Positions 30,640 through 39,996 of a stretch of 64,000 nt of DNA are shown here, one piece after another. The position numbers and the translations under genes were made by a program. Source of the DNA: Ruminococcus sp. (lineage in GTDB: Bacteria > Bacillota > Clostridia > Oscillospirales > Ruminococcaceae); NCBI GenBank assembly GCA_030533265.1, contig JAUNJM010000003.1:11692-75691 (forward strand). Reading direction: 5' to 3'. The notes beneath the pieces are model-generated. The model was not told the DNA's origin, ran no database searches, and was given only the letters and a program-made list of their open reading frames with translations. Every line of letters begins with the position of its first letter. Within the stretch, counting starts at the first letter, position 1.

Positions 30640-32454
30640 TTACTTTTTAGAAATAGCCTTAAACTTACATGTAGTCATACAAGCACCACATTTAACGCAC
30701 TTTTCAGGATCGATTTCAAGAGCAGGAAGCTTCTTTCCAGGAGCGATATAATCAGTCTTTGAAATAGCATCAGCAGGACAGTTCCTAGCACATATACCAC
30801 AGCCGATACACTTTTCCTTATCAATCTCAAACTGGAGAAGATCCTTACAAACACCTGCAGGACACTTTTTGTCAACAACGTGAGCGATATATTCATCCTT
30901 GAAGTAACGCAAAGTTGAAAGAACAGGGTTAGGAGCAGTCTGACCAAGACCACAAAGTGAGTTATCCTTTATGTAGTAGCAAAGCTCTTCGATCTTGTCA
31001 ATATCCTCGAGAGTAGCCTGACCCTTAGTAACCTTGTCAAGCATTTCAAGAAGACGCTTAGTACCAATACGGCAAGGAGTACACTTACCACATGATTCGT
31101 CAACAGTAAACTGGAGGAAGAACTTAGCAATATCAACCATACAGTTATCTTCGTCCATAACGATAAGTCCACCTGAACCCATCATAGACCCAATCGCAAT
31201 GAGGTTATCATAGTCGATTGGAACATCGAGGTTTTCAGCAGAAATACATCCACCTGAAGGGCCACCTGTCTGAGCAGCCTTGAACTTCTTGCCATTAGGA
31301 ATACCACCACCGATTTCTTCGATGATAGTTCTGAGTGTAGTACCCATAGGAACTTCAAGAAGACCTGTGTTGTTAATCTTACCACCAAGAGCGAATACCT
31401 TAGTACCCTTTGACTTTTCAGTACCCATTGATGCAAACCACTCTGCACCATTGAGAATGATCTGAGGGATGTTAGCATAAGTTTCAACGTTGTTGAGGAT
31501 AGTAGGTCTTTCAAACAAGCCCTTTACAGCAGGGAATGGAGGACGAGGACGAGGCTCACCTCTGTTACCTTCAATAGAAGTCATGAGCGCAGTTTCCTCA
31601 CCACAAACGAAAGCACCGGCACCAAGTCTGAGCTCAATATCAAAGTCGAAACCTGTGTCAAAAATATTCTTTCCGAGAAGACCATATTCATGAGCCTGCT
31701 CGATAGCGATCTCAAGACGCTTAACAGCGATTGGATACTCAGCTCTTACATAGATATAACCCTGTGAAGCACCGATAGCATATCCTGCGATAGCCATAGC
31801 TTCCAGAACAACGTGAGGGTCACCTTCGAGAACTGAACGGTCCATAAATGCACCTGGGTCACCTTCGTCAGCGTTACAGCAAACATATTTCTGTCCACCG
31901 TCCTGAACGAAGTTTCTTGCCATCTGCCACTTACGGCCTGTTGGGAATCCTGCACCTCCACGACCACGAAGTCCTGAAGCAAGGATCGTGTCGATAACCT
32001 CTTCAGGAGTCATCTCTGTGAGGACTTTACCAAGAGCCTCATAGCCTCTTGTACCGATATATTCATCAATCTTTTCAGGGTTGATAACACCACAGTTACG
32101 CAATGCAATTCTTTTCTGGTGCTTATAGAAATCAGTATCCTGAATTGATTTTACTTCACCATTTTCAACAGTTTCATCATAAACAAGACGTGTAACTACA
32201 CGACCCTTTACGAGATGTTCAGAAACGATCTCCTCAACATCACTTTCTTTAACCATTGCATAGAAAGTGCCCTCAGGATAAATGATCATGATAGGACCTA
32301 AAGCACAAAGTCCATGACAGCCGGTTTTAACTACCTGAATTTCATTTTCAAGACCGTTTTTAGCGATCTCGGAATTGAGCTTTTCGATAATAGCCTGACT
32401 TCCTGAGGAAGTACAGCCTGTTCCGCCACAAACCAGAACGTGTGAATGATACAT
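30640..32454 (-). CDS. NADH/FMN-binding hydrogenase subunit (NuoF/HydB/HndC-like)
   Basis: GLRGRGGAGFPTG, NADEGDPGAFMDR, GGPSGG, ESCGKCTPCR, two C-terminal 4Fe-4S clusters. Confidence 0.95.
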   Translation of the reverse strand: MYHSHVLVCGGTGCTSSGSQAIIEKLNSEIAKNGLENEIQVVKTGCHGLCALGPIMIIYPEGTFYAMVKESDVEEIVSEHLVKGRVVTRLVYDETVENGEVKSIQDTDFYKHQKRIALRNCGVINPEKIDEYIGTRGYEALGKVLTEMTPEEVIDTILASGLRGRGGAGFPTGRKWQMARNFVQDGGQKYVCCNADEGDPGAFMDRSVLEGDPHVVLEAMAIAGYAIGASQGYIYVRAEYPIAVKRLEIAIEQAHEYGLLGKNIFDTGFDFDIELRLGAGAFVCGEETALMTSIEGNRGEPRPRPPFPAVKGLFERPTILNNVETYANIPQIILNGAEWFASMGTEKSKGTKVFALGGKINNTGLLEVPMGTTLRTIIEEIGGGIPNGKKFKAAQTGGPSGGCISAENLDVPIDYDNLIAIGSMMGSGGLIVMDEDNCMVDIAKFFLQFTVDESCGKCTPCRIGTKRLLEMLDKVTKGQATLEDIDKIEELCYYIKDNSLCGLGQTAPNPVLSTLRYFKDEYIAHVVDKKCPAGVCKDLLQFEIDKEKCIGCGICARNCPADAISKTDYIAPGKKLPALEIDPEKCVKCGACMTTCKFKAISKK

Positions 32455-32474
32455 AATTCGTACTCCTCCTTATA

Positions 32475-32837
32475 TTACTTATATGTGTATTCTTTAACTA
32501 CCTGTCCACGCATGAGGTGCTTTTCTATAACCTCTACTGCCTTTTCAGGAGTCATCTGAACATATGTGATCTTATCTTTACCAGGCTCCATAACCTCTAC
32601 GATAGGTTCATACTGACAAAGACCGATACAACCTGTCTGAGTAACAACCACCTTGTCTGAAAGCCCTTTTTCTGCAACTCCCTCAGCAAGAGCATTAAGA
32701 ACAGGTCTTGCGCCAGATGCTATACCACAAGTTGCCATACCTACAACAACTCTTGTTGTGTCGATATCTTCCTTACGAAGACCAACCTGACTCTGCATCT
32801 TTTCACGTATAGCCTTGAGTTCTTCCAAAGATTTCAC
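32475..32837 (-). CDS. Thioredoxin-like (2Fe-2S) ferredoxin subunit (HydD/HndB-like)
   Basis: VGMATCGIASGA, TGCIGLCQYEP; GTG start. Confidence 0.9.
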   Translation of the reverse strand: MKSLEELKAIREKMQSQVGLRKEDIDTTRVVVGMATCGIASGARPVLNALAEGVAEKGLSDKVVVTQTGCIGLCQYEPIVEVMEPGKDKITYVQMTPEKAVEVIEKHLMRGQVVKEYTYK

Positions 32838-32887
32838 TTTAAATCACCAATCCTTCTAAAATTTTATTTTGTGCCAAAAGCTGTTGC

Positions 32888-33445
32888 TCACAAAATATTA
32901 CCTGCATCAGCCTCCAGCTTGTTTTCTGTCAAAAAATCCCGGATATACGCTGAAACCTCAGGGGTATCAAAAGGCACATCTCCAAGAATTTCCCTGAGCT
33001 CTCTTGTATCCAGAACAAATTTCCTGTCATCGACGCTGTAGCTATAAACAAAGTCAATGTCCGTATTGAGCGTTATCAGACTGTAAATGGTTGAGGTCAT
33101 ATCACCCAACGGCATTCTGTCGATATGCGAAATACGGAAAGAAGCTGTTACTGTTGTTCCGACACCGACTTTGGAGGTGATGGAAAAATCACCGTCCGAA
33201 CATTCGGCAGCAAGCTTGAAAAATGACACACCAAGTCCTACTTTTCGGGTAGTTCTTGTTGTATAAAACGGGTCACATACCCTTGAAAGCTGTTCCTCGT
33301 TCATACCACAGCCGTTGTCCTTGATGATGATAGTCATAAGGTCTTTTTCTAAACTTGAATCAACGGATATTTCAATAAGTGATGCTTTTGCTTTTACAGA
33401 ATTCTGAGCCACGTCCAAAACATTGAGGGAAAGTTCGGTCATCAT
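32888..33445 (-). CDS. HATPase (histidine kinase-like) protein of the hydrogenase cluster
   Basis: DVAQNS, DNGCGM, DPFYTTRTTRKVGLG, HIDRMPLGD. Confidence 0.9.
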   Translation of the reverse strand: MMTELSLNVLDVAQNSVKAKASLIEISVDSSLEKDLMTIIIKDNGCGMNEEQLSRVCDPFYTTRTTRKVGLGVSFFKLAAECSDGDFSITSKVGVGTTVTASFRISHIDRMPLGDMTSTIYSLITLNTDIDFVYSYSVDDRKFVLDTRELREILGDVPFDTPEVSAYIRDFLTENKLEADAGNIL

Positions 33446-33495
33446 TAATTAAATCTGCAACCGTTCCTTCCGAAAAATGAGCCTTGTGCTGTCAT
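33445..33495 (-). CDS. Candidate 16-aa leader peptide MTAQGSFFGRNGCRFN
   Basis: GGAGG 9 nt upstream of the ATG; stop overlaps the HATPase start (TAATG). Confidence 0.4.
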   Translation of the reverse strand: MTAQGSFFGRNGCRFN

Positions 33496-33547
33496 TTTCA
33501 CGAACCTCCGTTCAAACATTTTCTCAGAATACTATGCACCTACGACA

Positions 33548-33636
33548 ATTATACTACAATTAATCTATTATTTCAAGTATTATGCGACGTTTTTAATGAA
33601 GAATTTACAATTTTATTTTTGTTTAGTTTGCACAAG
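33548..33636 (-). promoter_or_regulatory. Duplicated hydrogenase promoter, copy B (drives HATPase-hydD-hydB-hydA)
   Basis: TTGAAA-17-TATAAT; inverted near-copy of 27884-27972. Confidence 0.85.
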
Positions 33637-33790
33637 AGTCCTGATTGAACAGATCAAGACAGGTTATCAGCCTATAATCTGCAAGAGCATTGCACCTGCT
33701 TGCAAAAATAAGAAAAGTGTGGTATACTCAAAGTGTAAAATATGACCATATCGGCTGATCGCCGACAAATTGATTTAAGGAGCTTTTGAT

Positions 33791-34144
33791 ATGACTATTG
33801 GTGACGTTAAAAACTATCTTAATGCTGAAATACTTTGTGGAGAGGAATACCTGCACAGAGAGGTGCATACGGCCTGTGGTTCTGACATGATGAGCGATGT
33901 GCTTGCTTATGTTAAGGATCAGTCTGTGCTGTTGACAGGACTTTGCAACCCACAGGTTGTAAGAACTGCTGAAATGATGGACATAATATGCCTGTGCTTT
34001 ATAAGAGGCAAGCGTCCTCCCCAGGAAGTTATCGATCTTGCAAAGGAACGTGAGCTTGTTGTTCTCGCATCATCAAAAAGAATGTTTGATGCTTGTGGAA
34101 TTCTTTATGCAAACGGACTTGCAGGAGGTGCTGTTCTTGAGTAA
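33791..34144 (+). CDS. DRTGG domain protein
   Basis: GSDMMSDVL, LLTGL..PQVVRTA. Confidence 0.88.
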   Translation: MTIGDVKNYLNAEILCGEEYLHREVHTACGSDMMSDVLAYVKDQSVLLTGLCNPQVVRTAEMMDIICLCFIRGKRPPQEVIDLAKERELVVLASSKRMFDACGILYANGLAGGAVLE

Positions 34145-34556
34145 TTTGGTATTAAAATATAATGTTGACTCGAAGGACTTCACAAGAGCAGGAGAGGCAT
34201 CAAGTGATGTAAAATCCAAGCTCAAGCAGATGGGAGTTCCACCTGAGGCAGTCAGAAAAGTAGCTATTGCTATGTATGAGGGTGAGATAAATATGGTTAT
34301 CCACGCAAATGGTGGAGAAATCACGGTTGAAATATCTCCGAAACAAATAATCATCACACTTGCCGATAAAGGTCCCGGAATCGCTGACATCGAGAAGGCA
34401 ATGCAGGCTGGTTGGTCAACAGCATCTGAAAATATCAGAGCGTTGGGATTCGGTGCCGGAATGGGACTTCCAAACATGAAAAAATACTCCGACGAGATGG
34501 ATATTCAGACGGAAATCGGTGTCGGAACTACTGTTACCATGAAGGTAAATATCTGA
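34137..34556 (+). CDS. Anti-sigma-factor-like Ser/Thr kinase (RsbT/HATPase)
   Basis: YEGEINMVIH, DKGPGI, GFGAGMGLPNMK; TTG start at 34137 after GGAGG. Confidence 0.88.
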   Translation: MSNLVLKYNVDSKDFTRAGEASSDVKSKLKQMGVPPEAVRKVAIAMYEGEINMVIHANGGEITVEISPKQIIITLADKGPGIADIEKAMQAGWSTASENIRALGFGAGMGLPNMKKYSDEMDIQTEIGVGTTVTMKVNI

Positions 34557-34578
34557 TTTGTAAGATAATACATATAGA

Positions 34579-35868
34579 ATGGAGGCGACAGCTTTGGATG
34601 AGGTTTTTACAAATTCCGTAAGGCTTGACCCCGACCTGTGCAAGGGCTGTATAAATTGCTTGAAGCGTTGTCCGACACAGGCAATAAGAGTGCGTGGAGG
34701 AAAGGCTCACATAACAAAAGATTTCTGTATTGACTGTGGTGAGTGTATAAGAGTCTGTCCTCACCATGCAAAAAAAGCCTTTTATGAACCACTCGATGTC
34801 ATAAATAATTATAAGTATACCGTTGCATTACCTGCTCCGTCATTTTATGCACAGTTCAACAATCTTGACGATACAAATATCGTACTGAGAGCCTTGAAAA
34901 GAATGGGCTTTGACGATGTTTATGAAGTTTCGGCTGCTGCCGAGCTTGTATCGGAGCTTACAAGAGATTATATCGAAAAACACAGGGAAAATGCACCTTT
35001 TATATCTGTTGCCTGCCCATCGGTGGTAAGGCTTATACAGGTAAAGTTTCCCAACCTCATAGAACATCTGCTCAAAGTAAATTCTCCTGTTGAAATAGCT
35101 GCATCTGAAGCAAAGAGAATTGCAATGGAAAAGACAGGACTCAGTGCAGAAGATATTGGTGTTATATTCATTTCACCGTGTCCTGCAAAGGTTACGTCGG
35201 TAAAAAATCCATTAGGATACGAAAAAAGTGAAATTGATGCCGTTATCGCAATTAAAGAAGTCTATCCGAAAATCCTGCCACTTATGCTTGAATCTGTTGA
35301 TGACAACACCGATTTTTCATGTTCAGGAAAAATCGGTCTTAGCTGGGGGGCGTCAGGCGGAGAAGCAAGTGGTCTGCTCATTGACAACTATCTTGCTGCC
35401 GACGGTATCGAAAATGTTATAAAGGTACTTGAGGACCTTGAAGACCAGAAGATCTCTAACCTTGAGTTCATTGAGCTTAACGCTTGCTCAGGAGGCTGTG
35501 TTGGCGGAGTTTTACAGGTTGAGAATCCTTATGTTGCAAAGTCAAAGCTTAAGCAGCTCAGAAAATACATGCCTGTTTCAAAATCGCATATCGGAAATGC
35601 GATTCCATGTAATTCATACATAACGGATGATATTGAGTATAAGCCTGTTTTCAATCTCGGAAAGGACTTTGCTGACGGATTGGAAAAAATGGAGCAGATG
35701 GAGGAAATATATCAGCGTCTGCCCGGACTTGATTGCGGTTCTTGCGGAGCACCAACCTGCAAGGCTCTTGCAGAGGACGTTGTAAGAGGAATCGCAAAAG
35801 AAAAAGATTGTGTACACCTGCTCAGAGAGTACATTCATAAAATGACTAACGAGCTTGGTGACATTTGA
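34579..35868 (+). CDS. Putative sensory [FeFe]-hydrogenase-like Fe-S protein
   Basis: Two N-terminal 4Fe-4S clusters; degenerate H-cluster motifs (SVACP, SPCPAK, ELNACSGGCVGG); C-terminal LPGLDCGSCG..TC Fe-S domain. Confidence 0.85.
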   Translation: MEATALDEVFTNSVRLDPDLCKGCINCLKRCPTQAIRVRGGKAHITKDFCIDCGECIRVCPHHAKKAFYEPLDVINNYKYTVALPAPSFYAQFNNLDDTNIVLRALKRMGFDDVYEVSAAAELVSELTRDYIEKHRENAPFISVACPSVVRLIQVKFPNLIEHLLKVNSPVEIAASEAKRIAMEKTGLSAEDIGVIFISPCPAKVTSVKNPLGYEKSEIDAVIAIKEVYPKILPLMLESVDDNTDFSCSGKIGLSWGASGGEASGLLIDNYLAADGIENVIKVLEDLEDQKISNLEFIELNACSGGCVGGVLQVENPYVAKSKLKQLRKYMPVSKSHIGNAIPCNSYITDDIEYKPVFNLGKDFADGLEKMEQMEEIYQRLPGLDCGSCGAPTCKALAEDVVRGIAKEKDCVHLLREYIHKMTNELGDI

Positions 35869-35885
35869 TTTCTGAGGTGAAAATA

Positions 35886-36221
35886 ATGACAGTAAACGAA
35901 CTTTTGAACAAAACCAGCCTGAAGCCATTGTGCATCGCTGACGGAGAAAGAGAAATAAAAGGCATCTATAACTGCGACCTTATGAGCGTTGTTATGTCGA
36001 AAGGCTTTTCAGGTGCTTGTTGGGTGACTATCATGTCAAACATAAATTCAGTAGCAGTGGCAGCACTTACTGATATGGCAGTTATCATCCTCGCCGATGG
36101 TGCAGCTCTTGATCAGCTTATGATTGACAAGGCAAAGGCTCAGGATATAAACGTTTTACAATCGGACAAGCCTATTTTTGAAACGTCGCTTGAGATATAC
36201 AAGCTTCTGAATAATGCTTAG
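35886..36221 (+). CDS. DRTGG domain protein
   Basis: CDLMSVVM, WVTIMSNINSVAVA. Confidence 0.85.
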   Translation: MTVNELLNKTSLKPLCIADGEREIKGIYNCDLMSVVMSKGFSGACWVTIMSNINSVAVAALTDMAVIILADGAALDQLMIDKAKAQDINVLQSDKPIFETSLEIYKLLNNA

Positions 36222-36939
36222 CCTGTCTTATGATCTGCATATACACTCCTGCCTTTCTCCATGCGGAGATGACGAAAGCACTCCTGCAAACATCGTCGGC
36301 ATGGCTTTTGTGAAGGGGCTTGACGTTATTGCTCTCACCGACCATAACGCCGTACGCAACTGTATTGCAGCAAAGGAAGTTGCTGATGCTTACGGAGTGA
36401 CGCTTATATGTGGAATGGAGCTTACAACAGCAGAAGAATGTCATGTCGTTATGCTTATGCCGAGTCTTGAAAAAGCTCTTGAGCTTGACGAATACGTCCA
36501 CGCAAGACTTATGCCTATAAAGAACGATCCTCGTATTTTCGGCAAACAGGAAGTCAGGGATAGTGATGACAACATCATTTCAACAGAAGATACACTGCTT
36601 ATCACTGCGACCTCGATCTCATTCGGCGAAGCATTTTCACTGGCAGAGAGTCTTGGCGGAGTGGCAATCCCTGCACACGTTGACAAGTCAACAACGTCTG
36701 TAATATCAAACATGGGATTTATCCCACCTGAAAGCACATTCAGGACCGCAGAGTTCAAAAACACTGACAATATTGAACGCTATAAGGAGCTTTATCCGTA
36801 TCTGAAAAACTGCAAGATAATAACAAGCTCCGATGCACACTATCTTCAGGATATCAACGAACCCGTGAATTTTATCCACGCAAGAGAAAAATCTGCTGAT
36901 GCGATAATTGATGCGATAAGGAATCCTATTATTCTTTAA
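36214..36939 (+). CDS. PHP domain phosphoesterase
   Basis: DLHIHSCLSPC, TDHN, PAH, SSDAH. Confidence 0.9.
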   Translation: MLSLSYDLHIHSCLSPCGDDESTPANIVGMAFVKGLDVIALTDHNAVRNCIAAKEVADAYGVTLICGMELTTAEECHVVMLMPSLEKALELDEYVHARLMPIKNDPRIFGKQEVRDSDDNIISTEDTLLITATSISFGEAFSLAESLGGVAIPAHVDKSTTSVISNMGFIPPESTFRTAEFKNTDNIERYKELYPYLKNCKIITSSDAHYLQDINEPVNFIHAREKSADAIIDAIRNPIIL

Positions 36940-36960
36940 AAAGTGCTTAGCATAAATTTA

Positions 36961-36995
36961 CACCCCTGAGAATACCGGTTCTCAGGGGTGTTTTT
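36961..36995. terminator. Terminator between the PHP gene and htpG
   Basis: CACCCCTGAGAA/TTCTCAGGGGTG plus T run. Confidence 0.8.
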
Positions 36996-37007
36996 GCGTT
37001 GTATTTA

Positions 37008-38892
37008 TTATACCATAAGTCCACAGATGAGATTAGCAAACTCAACAGGGTTTTCAATAGACATGCCCTCAATGAGCAGAGCTTCCGAGTAGAGTATCTT
37101 TGCGTAATCTGCAAGCTTATCCTTGTCCGTTGCGTAAAGTGATTTGAGTTTTTCAAAAACAGGATGTGACGCATTAAGTTCAAGGCACTTTTCAGCTTTG
37201 ACCTTGTTGCCGTCATTCTGAGGCATAGAGTTGAGTACCTTTTCCATTTCAATGGTAATATCACCATCGGCCGAAAGGCAAACAGGGTGACTCTTGAGCT
37301 TTGTCGAAAGTCTTACTTCCTTTACCTTGTCGCCAAGTGCCTCCTGCATGAATTTGAACATATCCTTGTTTTCTTCTGAAGCCTTTGCAGTTTCCTTCTT
37401 TTCATCCTCGGTTTCAAGGTCAAGATCACCGTCAGAGATCGACTTGAACTTTTTACCCTTGTATTCCATAAGCATCTTAATAGCAAACTCATCAACATCC
37501 TGAGTGAAATAAAGAACTTCAAAGCCTTTGTCCTTTACAAGTTCAAGCTGTGGGAGCATTTCGATTCTTGGAATACTCTCTCCACAAGCATAGTAAATTA
37601 CTTCCTGACCATCCTTCATGCGTGAAACGTATTCGTCAAGAGTAACCTTGCTGTTCTCAAAAGATGATGGGAACAAAATCAGATCCTGCAAAATTTCTTT
37701 TGCAGAGCCGTATGTTTGATAAATGCCGAATTTAAGCTGTAAACCAAAGTTCTCAAAGAATTTCAAATACTTCTCTCTGTCGTTTTTGAGAAGCTTTGTA
37801 AGCTCATTTTTGATAGACTTTTCAACATTCTTTGCAATGATTTTGAGTTGTCTGTCATGCTGAAGCATCTCACGGGAAATGTTGAGCGACAAATCCTCAG
37901 AGTCAACAAGGCCCTTTACAAAGCTGAAATAATCAGGGAGCAGATCTGCACACTTTTCCATTATCATAACTCCACTTGAATAAAGCTGAAGTCCCTTTTC
38001 ATAGTCCTTTGAGTAGAAATCAAAAGGTGCTCTTGACGGAACGTAAAGCAGTGCATCATATGTTGCAATACCCTCGTTCTTGGAGTGAATATGAGTAATA
38101 GGATCTTCAAAATCCATGAACTTTTCCTTGTAAAAGTTGTTATAATCCTCGTCTTTAAGCTCACTTTTGTTTTTCTTCCAGATCGGAGTCATGCTGTTGA
38201 GAGTTTTAACCTCCTTGTGAACATGAGGATTCTCACCCTTTTCATCGTAGTGAGTATGTTCCATCTCCATTCTTACAGGAAAACGAATATAGTCAGAGTA
38301 TTTCTTGACAAGTGACTGTATCTCATACTGTTCAAGATACTTGTCATAATTTTCATCTTCGGTATTGTCCTTAAGAGTGAGAACGATTTCTGTGCCCGCC
38401 TGAGCCTTTTCGCACTCCTCAACAGGTATATCCCTCAACACCGTCAGACTGCCATTTATAAGCCTTGTCAGAGCCATACGCCTTTGTGTAAACGGTAACT
38501 TCTTTTGCTACCATAAAAGTGGAATAAAAGCCTACGCCAAACTGACCGATAATGTCAACATCGTCACCAAGTTCGTTGTCCTTTTTGAAAGCCAGTGAAC
38601 CGCTGTTTGCGATAGTACCAAGATTGTTCTCAAGGTCTTCCTCGGTCATACCGATACCATTGTCCGAAACGGTAAGCGTACGTTTTTCCTTATCAACGCT
38701 TATTTCTATACCGAATTCGTCACGCTTGATGCCAACTGATGAATCAGTAAGCGACTTGAAATAAAGCTTGTCAATAGCATCGCTTGCGTTTGAGATAAGC
38801 TCACGCAGGAAAATTTCCTTGTGAGTATAGATAGAATTGATCATCATGTCCAGAAGTCTTTTTGACTCCGCTTTGAACTGTTTTGTTTCCAT
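37008..38892 (-). pseudogene. htpG: Molecular chaperone HtpG (Hsp90), split by a single-base insertion at ~38425 (real or assembly error)
   Basis: The two ORFs join as ...GVEGYT|[13 protein letters not shown] if one C is removed from TATACCTGTT; [32 protein letters not shown]. Confidence 0.9.
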
Positions 38893-38919
38893 TGTTTTTC
38901 TTCCTTTCTGAGATTCGTT

Positions 38920-38946
38920 TTAGCACTCTCGTAGTGCGAGTGCTAA
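38920..38946. promoter_or_regulatory. CIRCE element (HrcA operator) upstream of htpG
   Basis: Perfect TTAGCACTC-N9-GAGTGCTAA. Confidence 0.97.
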
Positions 38947-39112
38947 TCTAATGACTATTATACACCTATTCAGATTAAATGCAATAGTTGTAACAAAACA
39001 TATATCTTTTGTTTACTTTTTGTTAAAAATTGTACCCGATAAAATGATTTGCATTTTAAGTATATGATGTGTTATAATAATTGTGATTATATATAAAGAG
39101 GAGAGCATAAAA

Positions 39113-39976
39113 ATGAATATGACACAACTTTTTGAAAAAAAGAAGCCTGTATTCTCACTTGAGATATTCCCTCCTAAGAAAAATGCAGGTGGTATCGAAA
39201 CCATATATCAGACTCTTGACGGATTGAAGGACATAAAACCTGATTTCATCAGCGTCACATACGGAGCAGGTGGCAACATTGCAGATAAATCCACCTGTGA
39301 TATATGTGCTATCATAAAAGCGAAGTATGGTATTTTGCCTATAGCACATCTGACCTGTGTGAACAATTCAAAGGCTGATATTGATGTGATACTCGAAAGC
39401 CTCAAGAATGTTGGCGTAAGTAATATTCTTGCACTCAGAGGAGATATAAACCCTGATATTGCACCAAAGGACGATTTTGCTTATGCAAGTGACCTTGTTT
39501 CATACATAAAAGCAAGAGGTGATTTTAATATTTCAGGAGCTTGCTATCCAGAAACACATCCTGAAAGTGAGGACGCTGTTTCAGACATACTCAACCTTAA
39601 AAAGAAAGTAGAAAACGGTACAGAGCATCTTATCTCACAGCTTTTCTTTAATAACGAGGATTTTTATGCATTCCGTGAAAAAGCAAAGCTCGCAGGAATA
39701 AATGTACCGATAGAAGCAGGTATCATGCCTGTTACCAACAAGAATCAGGTGCTCAGAATGGCAACAATGTGTGGTGCATCAATTCCAAAAAAAATGTCAC
39801 GACTGCTCAACCGTTTCGAGAATAATCCGAAAGCGCTTGAGGATGCAGGTATTGCTTATGCGATTGACCAGATCGTTGACCTTATCGCCAACGATGTTGA
39901 CGGAATACATCTTTATACGATGAACAAGCCATACATAGCTCAACGAATTTCCAATGCGATACAGTCGATGAGATAA
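39113..39976 (+). CDS. metF: Methylenetetrahydrofolate reductase
   Basis: SLEIFPPK, SVTYGAGG, AHLTC, LALRGD, GIHLYTMN. Confidence 0.95.
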   Translation: MNMTQLFEKKKPVFSLEIFPPKKNAGGIETIYQTLDGLKDIKPDFISVTYGAGGNIADKSTCDICAIIKAKYGILPIAHLTCVNNSKADIDVILESLKNVGVSNILALRGDINPDIAPKDDFAYASDLVSYIKARGDFNISGACYPETHPESEDAVSDILNLKKKVENGTEHLISQLFFNNEDFYAFREKAKLAGINVPIEAGIMPVTNKNQVLRMATMCGASIPKKMSRLLNRFENNPKALEDAGIAYAIDQIVDLIANDVDGIHLYTMNKPYIAQRISNAIQSMR

Positions 39977-39996
39977 CCCGAAACGGAGGCATATCT

